A stretch of DNA of 64,000 nt from Narcine bancroftii (taxonomy: Eukaryota). The notes below the pieces were generated by a model, which was not told where the DNA came from, did not search any database, and saw only the letters and a program-made list of their open reading frames with translations. The translations under genes were made by a program, and so were the position numbers. This document shows, one piece after another, positions 25,050 through 35,700 of the stretch. Positions within the stretch are counted from its first letter, which is position 1, and every line of letters starts with the position of its first letter. The stretch spans positions 248,001-312,000 of the forward strand of contig NW_027211972.1 of the NCBI RefSeq assembly GCF_036971445.1, written 5' to 3'.

Positions 25050-26092
25050 GGGGGTGGAGACGTCAGGGTCTCACCCCCATACCCGCCTCCCCTCCTCGTC
25101 CCCCCACCCTCCTCATACACTCCCCGTCTACTCATACCCTCCCCCCTCCTCCCATCACACCCTCCCTTCCCCCATCTCTCCTTGTCCCCTCTCTGTGTTG
25201 CCACTGGGACCCGGAGTCTGTGCAATGGTGGGGAGGTGGGAGAGCAGCCTTGTGCTCCTGGGGAGGGGCGCGAACCGCCCCTCACCCCTCCACACCCGCT
25301 GGTGAGAGATGAAGACTTTTGAAGAAAAAACTTCACAAAAATGTTTTTTTTTATATATATAGAAATAAAGTGAATATTTACTCTGTAAATATCTCTCATT
25401 GGCTAACGCCCGATTGGTCCCAGTCACCCCGTTACAGGGAGGGGACGGAGAGGGGGCAGAGGAGACTCACCAGGACGTTACAGGGAGGGGGTAGAGGAGA
25501 CTCACCGGAATGTTTGTTCTCGGTCACCTCGTTACAGGGAGGGTGTGGAGAGGGGGCAGAGGAGACTCAAGGGGATGTTCGGTCCCGGTCGCCTCGTTAC
25601 AGGGAGGATGTGGAGAGGGGGCGGAGGAGACTCCCTGGGATTGACAGAGGACAGAAAAGATTGATGGGGAAGTTGCCCAGGCTTCAAGAACCTTGGGTTG
25701 TCCATCCAACCTCGCACTGGTTCCGTGTAAAATGCCATCTGCCTCTTCTCGACCCAGGCTTCCCGTGGATCAGTACCACTTGACGAGGTACGAGGGCTCC
25801 AGCCCGGATCCGTGTGGGGCGCCACTTGATACGAGGCCCCCAGTCCGGGAAGCGGAGGTCTCGGAATAACCACCATCACCTCCGGGTGCAGCGTCAGTCC
25901 TGGATATTTCCCTTTATTCTCAGAACAAGGTACGTGTGGGAGACGGGGCGCGGTGAGACAGAGGTCAGGTGTACACGGTGAACAATTGGGAGCTGAGAGG
26001 CGTGGTGGGACAGAGGTCGGGCAGACAGAGTGAAGAGTTGGGCACTGGGGCACAGTGAGTCAGGTTGGGCGTACACAGTCAGGCACGGTGGG

Positions 26093-27784
26093 TCAGAAGT
26101 TGGGCATACATGGTGAATTGTTGGGCACTGAGGGGCGCAGTGGGTCAAAGGTCGGGCATACACGGTGGATGGTCGAGCACTGAGGGGTGCGGTGGGATAG
26201 AATTCGGGTGAAGGGGGGGAAGATGGGGTGTGAGGGACGTGGCCAGCACTGGGGTTGGGTGGGAGAGGGGGAGGGACCCTCACCATGGGGGGCCAGAGGG
26301 GCGAAGGGGCGGGGGAAGTGATGCCCATGGGTAGGGTAGGGGGCTGTCGGAAGTCGGGGAATCGAAGGAGCTCCCACGGGGTAGGGGGGAGCTCCCACGG
26401 GGTAGGGGGAGCTCCTGCCAGGTATGAGGGAGCCTCCCTCTGGGATGAAGAAGCTTCCAGGGACCTGGGAGCCGGGAAGGAGGGGGCAGGGAAGATGGGG
26501 GCCAGCTCAGAGGCGGGGATGCCCCGAGGGAAGAGGGAGCTCCCCCACGGTACGTTATGCAGAGGCCGGTGACCGGGAGCGCGGCGGAGGGGTAGGTGGG
26601 AGATCCCTGAGAGGAGGGAGCATCCCTGGGGAGGGAGCGAGGAGGGGGCCCGGGGGCCGGGTGGGAGGGAGGGGGGGGGAGGGGGCCGCAGTGGCCGCGG
26701 GGAGTGGGCGATGGCCCGCAGCTTCTCCAGGGCGATGCGCCGGGTGTGGGCGCAGCGCCGGAGCTCCGCGAACCGCCCCAGGAACATGTCCAGCACTGTC
26801 TGGCCGCTCAGGAAAGCCTCCGTCAACTCCTGCAGAATGGGAGAGACGGTGGGGGGTTAGACGTGGGCGAAAACGCGGGCAGTTTGACGAACAAAATGCA
26901 AAAATGCAGTCCAAAGATCAGAGACACCCCCCACCCCCCCAGATCAAGAGCCCATATCCCGTCCAACTACTCCCCCTCACCTCAGACTCTTCCTCCACTT
27001 TGGCTACGTCGCCTTCCAGAACAGAGATAAGTTTCTCGGGGTCTGCGTTGGCCAAACACATCTCTGGGAAAGGGATCAACTCGTCAGTCCTGTCACGCCT
27101 CCCCGTCTCTGTAACCCCCTCCGGTCCCCGACACGCCTCCCCGTCTCTGTAACCCCCTCCGGTCCCCGACACGCCTCCCGTCTCTGTCACCCCCTCAGCT
27201 CCAGGTCTCACCGAGTGCTGCTCTCTTCCCCGTGACCCTCTCGTGGATCTCCTTGAGCTTCTGGTACCTCGCCAGCAGCTGCCCCTTCCCGCCCTCGAGA
27301 CGGGGCTTCAAGGAGAGGTTGGTCTCGGCCGCGCGCCGATTGGTGGCCAAGCACATCTCCCTCTCCAGTTGGAGGTTCTGAACCTGCAGGACGAGACGAG
27401 GTCAATCGCGACCTCTCCTGAGGTCCGTCCGCCTCTCGACCGACCGTGTGTCCTGTCCTCGCTCCCCAGGAACCCGCCACGTTCCCCCCGGTAGTCCCTG
27501 TTCCCCACGTTCCCTTCACCGCGCTCGGTCCCTGCATTGATCCCAGTTCCCCACTGTTCCCTGCGTTGGTCCCCGTTCCGAGTCGGGGATTGGATGGGAA
27601 CCGGTTAAACAGGCTGGTCGACATTTTTTTAGCTCGAAGGTTTCGTTTCGGACAGAAGTGAAAATGAATCCAAGAATCTCTCCCCCTCCTACCTGATCAC
27701 TGTCCATCACCAGGACGTTCCGTTCCCTCGAGTCCTCGAGAAGCCTCTCAGCCGCGTCCGGGACAGCCCTCGAAGGGTGTTCAT
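26093..27784 (-). CDS. VPS37C: ESCRT-I subunit VPS37C-like (Mod(r) domain plus Pro-rich tail), with two apparent 1-nt frameshifts
   Basis: Exons 27784-27693 (MNTLRGLSR/DAAERLLEDSRERNVLVMDSDQ, 92 nt, one base short), 27383-27212 (VQNLQLEREMCLATNRRAAETNL..LLARYQKL), 27063-26981 (..VAKVEEESE) and from 26829 (ELTEAFLSGQTVLDMFLGRFAELRRCAHTRRIALEKL, then GAPPYPV repeats). Minus-strand AATAAA at 25913-25918. The stop at 26093 assumes a missing G in the run at 26405-26409. Confidence 0.8.
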
Positions 27785-28589
27785 TATGGAAACCGGGAGC
27801 TGGGGTTCGGCCAGAACCTGCTTGGGGGAGGAGGGGAGGGTGAGAAGGATCGGCCCATAGTTGCTCCCCCATCGACACCCCCCACCCCCTCTCGGCCACG
27901 TACTGACCTGCTGATGCAGGGACATGTTGCTGTCCTGATTCCCACAGGTGGAGAGGCTCTCCTGGGGAGAGGGTGGAATAGCAAGCCTCAAAGGGCAGGA
28001 AGTCCTCCCCCAATCTCCGAGGACCGCTCGGCTATGCCAGGTCTTCCCAGTCTCGCCCCCTGGTCATCCCAGCCCCGCTCGGCCATCCCAGATCTTGCCC
28101 GCGGTCACCCACCTGCAACATCACCGATGACGTAGCCGCCAGCATCCTCCTTCTTGCCTCTCCGACCTCCGTCTGAGGCGTGCGGCCTGGACTCGTCCAC
28201 CTACGCTGGGAGGAAGGGGGATGCGCCCCATCCTCGGTCTCCCTCAATCCGGATCCACGGGCTCCTCCCTGATCCCCTTCCCAGTGGCACCTGGAGTCTT
28301 AAATTATCTTCCCACCCCACCCCCCCCGGCCCCATCCAGTCCCGCCTCCTGATCCGGAACCCCCTCCGGAGTCAAGGTGGTACAGTTGGTCAGGCACAAC
28401 TCGCCAACGGCCTGGACTGTACCAACATATCAGGCAGCGTGGGGACGTAATATAATCCGGATTCTTCCATCCGGTTTCCCTGCACCCGGTTGGGGGGGGC
28501 GGGTAGATGCAGTAGATGCACTGCCGATTCTAGAATCTTAGTGGGTAGGGAACGCCGCGGTTGAGGTGGGGGATGAGATTTAAACGGAC

Positions 28590-28800
28590 GCCCCTCCCCC
28601 ACCGGCTCGGGGTATCAGGTTGGGAGAGTTCAGCCCCCGCTGCCCCGAAGGGAGCGTGTGCAGATGACGTACACACCGGAAGTCGAGCGTCGGCCATCTT
28701 GGATTGACCGGAAGGAAATGGAGATAATCTACCCCCCCCCCCCCCCAACAGTGAAATGTGCACGTTGAGATGGGGACGCGAATGCTTGTCCCCGGGCACT
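28590..28800 (-). promoter_or_regulatory. Probable VPS37C promoter and first non-coding exon
   Basis: CpG-rich, with two ETS-type CCGGAAG sites, a YY1-type AAGATGGCCG and a CRE-like TACGTCA clustered at ~28665-28715. Confidence 0.6.
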
Positions 28801-29708
28801 CGTGTGAACACCAGCCAGCGGGGCCGCGTTACCCTGCAGACGGGCAGGTCTCCCACCCCACCTCTTCCCGGAGACCCCAACCCCCCCACCCCCACTCGCC
28901 CAGACACCAGATCCTCTGCTTGGACGCAGTCCTTTATTTGTGTGATTGGCTGGGACTCTTCAGGCACAGCAAGATCCCACAGAGGGAGGGAGTGGGGGGG
29001 GGGGTGAATAGGGCCCCAGACCCTTCTCTCCCTCCGTCAGACGCCCACCCCCACCCCCGGATGGTCCGGAACACACCCTGACAGATTTGGGAGGAGATAG
29101 ACGAATGGGGGAGAGAGGGAGAAGGAGAGTGAGGGGGAGAGGAGAGTGAGGGGGAGAGATGGAGGGCGGAAGGAGTGAATGAGGAAGGGGTCCACAATTA
29201 CCATCCCCTCCCAGAGACCCTTCCCCTGTCCGATAGTCTCAGAGGGTCTGATCACACACACCCCTCTCCCTGTCTCTGACCCCCCCTCCAACTCTCCCAC
29301 ACCCGTCTCTGAACCCCCTCTCCTCAACACACACCCCAGTCTGACCACCTTCTCCCTCCTCCACACAGCTCTCCATCTCTGACCCTCTCCTCGACATACA
29401 CACCCCTTTCAGTCTGACCCCACTCTCTCCCACACAGCCCGCTGTCTGACACCTCCATTCACCCCTCTGTCTCTGACCTCCCCATCACACACACCTCTCC
29501 CCATCTCGGATCCCCCTCTCCTCATCATGCACACCCCTCCCCCTCTGTCTCTGACTCCGCCTCAGTCTCAGACCCCTCCCTCTCACATGTCCCTATCTCA
29601 GACACCTCTCCTACCCCACTCCCTCTCACACACGCCCCCCCACTCCCTCCGACACACACACACCCCCCCTCTATCTCACGCCGACCTCCCTCCCGGACAG
29701 AACCCCCG

Positions 29709-32700
29709 TCAGAAAATCTCAGGGCAGCGGCCCCAGTCCTGCCGCTCCTTTGCCTCCCAGTAGCCGCCCTTGTAGAAGTGGACAGGCTCCTTGGTCATGG
29801 GGTCCTCCTGCCGCTCGAACCACAGCGGCAGGTAGCCTCCCTCGCCCGTGCACTGGCCTGGGGGGGCGAGAAAGAGTCAGCATGGGTAAAGGGTCCCACA
29901 GTCTGCTCACCCAAACACCGACCATCTCCCCCTCATTCCCCCCTCCCCCCATTCCCCCCTCCCCCCATTCCCCCCTCCCCCCATTCCCCCCTCGCCCCTC
30001 AAACCCTTCCTCACCCTCCCGGCCGCCCTCATTCTCTCTCCTCCGCCGTCCAGCCCGCTGCTTCTCCTCGAGCCGTTGCTTCTCCACGTTGGCCTCATCC
30101 CACCGCCCATTCTCCATGAGCCGCTGGTCTGGCCGCCGGCGGCTGTCGGTGGGAGCCACCCCGGTCTCCGGTTCGTTCAGGGTCAAGGCCAGGTCCGAAA
30201 AGTAGTACATGGTCTCGGCGTGTTCACTGGGGTCAGTGATACAGAGCGAAGCCTTGTCCCCGTCATACACTCCCGGGGTGGGGACACAGAGCGAAGCCCC
30301 ATCATGTCACACACTCCTGGGGCGGGGACACAGAGTGAAACCCCGTCCCCATCAGCCACTCCCAGGGTGCACTACTCACGGGATCTGGTGTTTCCTCCAC
30401 AGCTCCCGGCTCCTGAGGGTCTCGTAGACAGTTTTCTGCCGCCCCTCCGCCCCATTGACCCCATGGCTACTCTGCAGGACCCGGGAACACTCCATCTTCT
30501 CGTCCCATGTCCCGGACAGGACAAAGTGAGCCTTGCCTGCGCTGTCTGTCACCAGTCCGGTCACCTGCAGGGGAGCAGGAACGTGACACGAGGCAGGGTG
30601 AGAGAGGTGCGGGAGAGAGATGGGGTGGTGGGGGGAGAGATCGAGATCCCCCTCCGCTCCACCCCATCGCTCCCCCCCACTCGCCTGCCCCTACCTCCCT
30701 CACCTCCCCTCCATGACAGACCTACCTTCCGGGCCACGTCACGGGAGAAGTAGCTGTAGGGGGCAAATTTCAGGTGGCACTTGTCTCCTGTTCGCCTGTT
30801 GACGATGTCGACCTCCCCGCTCTGTAATGGCAGGGAGAGGAGGTGAGGACGAGGGAGAGGAGTGGGGAGGAAAGAAGGGGGAAGGAAAGAGGCGGCGGGT
30901 GGGAGGGAGAGGCGGCGGGTGGGAGGGAGAGGCGGCGGGTGGGAGGGAGAGGCGGCGGGTGGGAGGGAGAGGCGGCGGGTGGGAGGGAGAGGCGGCGGGT
31001 GGGAGGGAGAGGCGGCGGGTGGGAGGGAGAGGCGGCGGGTGGGAGGGAGAGGCGGCGGGTGGGAGGGAGAGGCGGCGGGTGGGAGGGAGAGGCGGCGGGT
31101 GGGAGGGAGAGGCGGCGGGTGGGAGGGAGAGGCGGCGGGTGGGAGGGAGTGGCGGCGGGTGGGAGGGAGTGGCGGCGGGTGGGAGGGAGAGGCGGCGGGT
31201 GGGAGGGAGAGGCGGCGGGTGGGAGGGAGAGGCGGCGGGTGGGAGGGAGAGGCGGCGGGTGGGAGGGAGAGGCGGCGGGTGGGAGGGAGAGGCGGCGGGT
31301 GGGAGGGAGAGGCGGCGGGTGGGAGGGAGAGGCGGCGGGTGGGAGGGAGAGGCGGCGGGTGGGAGGGAGAGGCGGCGGGTGGGAGGGAGAGGCGGCGGGT
31401 GGGAGGGAGAGGCGGCGGGTGGGAGGGAGAGGCGGCGGGTGGGAGGGAGAGGCGGCGGGTGGGAGGGAGAGGCGGCGGGTGGGAGGGAGAGACGGCGGGT
31501 GGGAGGGAGAGGCGGCGGGTGGGAGGGAGAGGCGGCGGGTGGGAGGGAGAGGCGGCGGGTGGGAGGGAGAGGCGGCGGGTGGGAGGGAGAGGCGGCGGGT
31601 GGGAGGGAGAGGCGGCGGGTGGGAGGGAGAGGCGGCGGGTGGGAGGGAGAGGCGGCGGGTGGGAGGGAGAGGCGGCGGGTGGGAGGAAGAGGCGGCGGGT
31701 GGGAGGAAGAGGCGGCGGGTGGGAGGAAGAGGGATGTAGGGTTGGAGAGAGGGAGGTAGTTAGGAAGGAGGGATGGATAGAGGGAGCATGTGAACAGAGG
31801 GAGGTTGTGAATGGAGGGAGGGAGGCATCGGACCTGGTCGATCCACAGCTTTCCGACAATGATGTTGTGCACGGTTGTGGTGACCTTTTCCCACGTGTAA
31901 TGGTCGCCCATCTGCTGGAAGGTGCAGTGGATGGTTCCTGAGTGGAGGAGGGGGGGGACAGGGGGTCAGAGGCATCAGGGGAGGGGGGGACAGGGGGTCA
32001 GAGGCATCAGGGGAGGGGGGGACAGGGGGGTCAGAGGCATCAGGGGAGGGGGGGACAGGGGGTCAGAGGCATCAGGGGAGGGGGGAACAGGGGGTCAGAG
32101 GCATCAGGGGATGGGATCCATCCCCAAACCCCATCCCTCTCTGACCCTCGCAAACCCTCCCGTCCGTCCGACCCCCCGAACCCTTCCCCGTCTGTCCGCC
32201 ACCCTGAACCCTTCCCCTTCTGTCCGCCACCCTGAACCCTTCCCCATCTGTCCGCCACCCTGAACCCTTCCCCATCTGTCCGCCACCCTGAACCCTTCCC
32301 CATCTGTCCCCCGAATTCTTCCCCGTCCCTCCCCCGAACCCTACCTCGTCACTCTCCCGAACCCTACCCCCGAAGCCTCCCCGTCCGTCCCCCCCGAACC
32401 CTCCCCTGTCCGTCCCCCCCGAACCCTCCCCCGTCTGTCCCCCCCGAACCCTCCCCCGCCCGTCCCCGAACTATTTCCCTGTATGTCCCCAATATCCTTC
32501 ACCCACCCACCCCCAGGAGATGCAAAGCCAGCCACAACCGGACCCCCCAGCCCCAGGCTGACGGGGCCCCACTCACCCAGAGGCATGATGGAGAGGTACT
32601 TCCCACGGAACTTGCTGGCGATGGTGATTTGCTGCCGGAGGGTCCACCCGTAGCGCGACTCTACGTGGTGGGCTGCGGAGGGAGGGTGGTGGCTCACCTG

Positions 32701-35700
32701 GGGGCGGGGGAGGGTTGGAATTAAATCCAGGGGAACACAATCCAAAGGGGAAAAATTCCTCCTACCTCTCTCCCCCAGCCCTATCTCTCTCTCACACCCT
32801 TTCTTTCTCTCCTTCCCTCTCTCCTCCCCTCTCTCTCTCACTCCCCTCCCCGCAGGTCTGACCTGCTCACAGATGGACCGGTAGCCCTCGTCATCCATGC
32901 GGTCGAGCTCGAAGGTCTCGCCCAGGAGCGGGTTGAAGGGCTTCCCCGTCCGGGACACAGTGGTGGAGTATGAGGACACGGTGAAGGCTGCCACGTAGCA
33001 GAGCTGCTCCAGCGAGTTCTCGCACTTGGAGGCTCGGTCCAGCAGGTCATGATACTCCAGGTCCTCGGTCAGACGCTGCAGCATAGACAGGGGCTCGTTG
33101 AAGTTCACCTGTGGGTGGGGGGATGGGGGAGAATTTTCAGCAACATGACTCGTAACAGATTGGCTTACCCTCTCTCTTCCCCACTCTCTGTAACCCCACC
33201 CTCCCCTGCCTCCCTCCCACCCCTCTCTCTCTCTTCTGTCCATCCTCTCTCCCACCATTCAATATCCTCTCCCTCCCCCCACTCACAGGCATGGGGATCC
33301 GTGAAAGTTCTTTGCCGATGCAGTTCTTCATGATACTCCAGAGATTAAGGCTGTAGTTGGGCTTGTCCGGGATACGTCTCCTCCTGCGATGTTTCACCGT
33401 ATCCTGGCAAGCGAGCTCGTGGGAGCTGGAGGCCCCGCTGGATGCCTGCTCCTCCAGGCTCTGAGCCGGAGTGGGGGACAGAGAGAGAGAGAAAGTGAGA
33501 AAGGTGATGGGAAAAAGGGGGGGAGGAAAGAGATGGGTAAAGAGACGGGTTGAGGGGGGGAGGAGGGGGAGATGGAAAGAGAGATATTGGTCCAACTCAC
33601 CTGATCGTCGAAGCCACCTTCACTGCTCGCCCCACTGATGTTACTGCCGGTTCGTCTGTTAGACAAAGGGAGACATGTTAGAATGAGAGAGAGAGAGAGA
33701 GGGGAGCTCAGGCCCAGAGAGAGAGGGGCAGAGATCAGGCCCCGAGAGAGGGGCAGAGATCAGGCCCCGAGAGAGGGGCAGAGATCAGGCCCCGAGAGAG
33801 GGGCAGAGATCAGGCCCCGAGAGAGGGGCAGAGATCAGGCCCCGAGAGAGGGGCAGAGATCAGGCCCCGAGAGAGGGGCAGAGATCAGGCCCCGAGAGAG
33901 GGGCAGAGATCAGGCCCCGAGAGAGGGGCAGAGATCAGGCCCCGAGAGAGGGGCAGAGATCAGGCCCCGAGAGAGGGGCAGAGATCAGGCCCCGAGAGAG
34001 GGGCAGAGATCAGGCCCCGAGAGAGGGGCAGAGATCAGGCCCCGAGAGAGGGGCAGAGATCAGGCCCCGAGAGAGGGGCAGAGATCAGGCCCCGAGAGAG
34101 GGGCAGAGATCAGGCCCCGAGAGAGGGGCAGAGATCAGGCCCCGAGAGAGGGGCAGAGATCAGGCCCCGAGAGAGGGGCAGAGATCAGGCCCCGAGAGAG
34201 GGGCAGAGATCAGGCCCCGAGAGAGGGGCAGAGATCAGGCCCCGAGAGAGGGGCAGAGATCAGGCCCCGAGAGAGGGGCAGAGATCAGGCCCCGAGAGAG
34301 GGGCAGAGATCAGGCCCCGAGAGAGGGGCAGAGATCAGGCCCCGAGAGAGGGGCAGAGATCAGGCCCCGAGAGAGGGGCAGAGATCAGGCCCCGAGAGAG
34401 GGGCAGAGATCAGGCCCCGAGAGAGGGGCAGAGATCAGTCCCCGAGAGAGAGAGATCAGTCCCCGAGAGAGAGAGATCAGTCCCCGAGAGAGAGAGATCA
34501 GTCCCCGAGAGAGAGAGATCAGTCCCCGAGAGAGAGAGATCAGTCCCCGAGAGAGAGAGAACAGTCCCCGAGAGAGAGAGATCAGTCCCCGAGAGAGAGA
34601 GATCAGTCCCCGAGAGAGAGAGATCAGTCCCCGAGAGAGAGAGATCAGTCCCCGAGAGAGAGAGATCAGTCCCCGAGAGAGAGAGATCAGTCCCCGAGAG
34701 AGAGAGATCAGTCCCCGAGAGAGAGAGATCAGTCCACGAGAGAGAGAGATCAGTCCACGAGGGAGAGGTCAGTCCCCGAGGGAGAGGTCAGTCCCCGAGG
34801 GAGAGGTCAGTCCCAGAGAGAGAGAGATCAGTCCCAGAGAGAGAGAGATGTCCCAGAGAGAGAGAGATCAGTCCCAGAGAGAGAGAGATCAGTCCCAGAG
34901 AGAGAGAGATCAGTCCCAGAGAGAGAGAGATCAGTCCCAGAGAGAGAGAGAGATCAGTCCCAGAGAGAGAGAGAGATCAGTCCCAGAGAGAGATCAGTCC
35001 CAGAGAGAGATCAGTCCCAGAGAGAGGGGGGTGGGCAGGGCCGTGCCCGAGAGGGAGGGGGGGCAGGGCCCAGTCCCCGAGAGAGGGGGGGCAGGGCCCA
35101 GTCCCCGAGAGAGGGGGGGCAGGGCCCAGTCCCCGAGAGAGGGGGGGCAGGGCCCAGTCCCCGAGGGAGGGGGGGCAGGGCCCAGTCCCCGAGGGAGGGG
35201 GGGCAGGGCCCAGTCCCCGAGGGAGGGGGGGCAGGGCCCAGTCCCCGAGGGAGGGGGGGGGCGATCAGTCCCCGAGAGAGGGGGGGCGATCAGTCCCCGA
35301 GAGAGGGGGGGCGATCAGTCCCCGAGAGAGGGGGGGCGATCAGTCCCCGAGAGAGGGGGGGCGATCAGTCCCCGAGAGAGGGGGGGCGATCAGTCCCCGA
35401 GAGAGGGGGGGCGATCAGTCCCCGAGAGAGGGGGGGGCGATCAGTCCCCGAGAGAGGGGGGGGCGATCAGTCCCCGAGAGAGGGGGGGGCGATCAGTCCC
35501 CGAGAGAGGGGGAGCGATCAGTCCCCGAGAGAGGGGGAGCGATCAGTCCCCGAGAGAGGGGGAGCGATCAGTCCCCGAGAGAGGGGGAGCGATCAGTCCC
35601 CGAGAGAGGGGGAGCGATCAGTCCCCGAGAGAGGGGGAGCGATCAGTCCCCGAGAGAGGGGGAGCGATCAGTCCCCGAGAGAGGGGGAGCGATCAGTCCC

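Noticed and set aside
30561-31941. 300-430 aa Pro-rich or Gly/Arg-rich ORFs in all frames
   Set aside because: They come from a 20-bp tandem repeat. Only short flanking parts are true OSBP exons.
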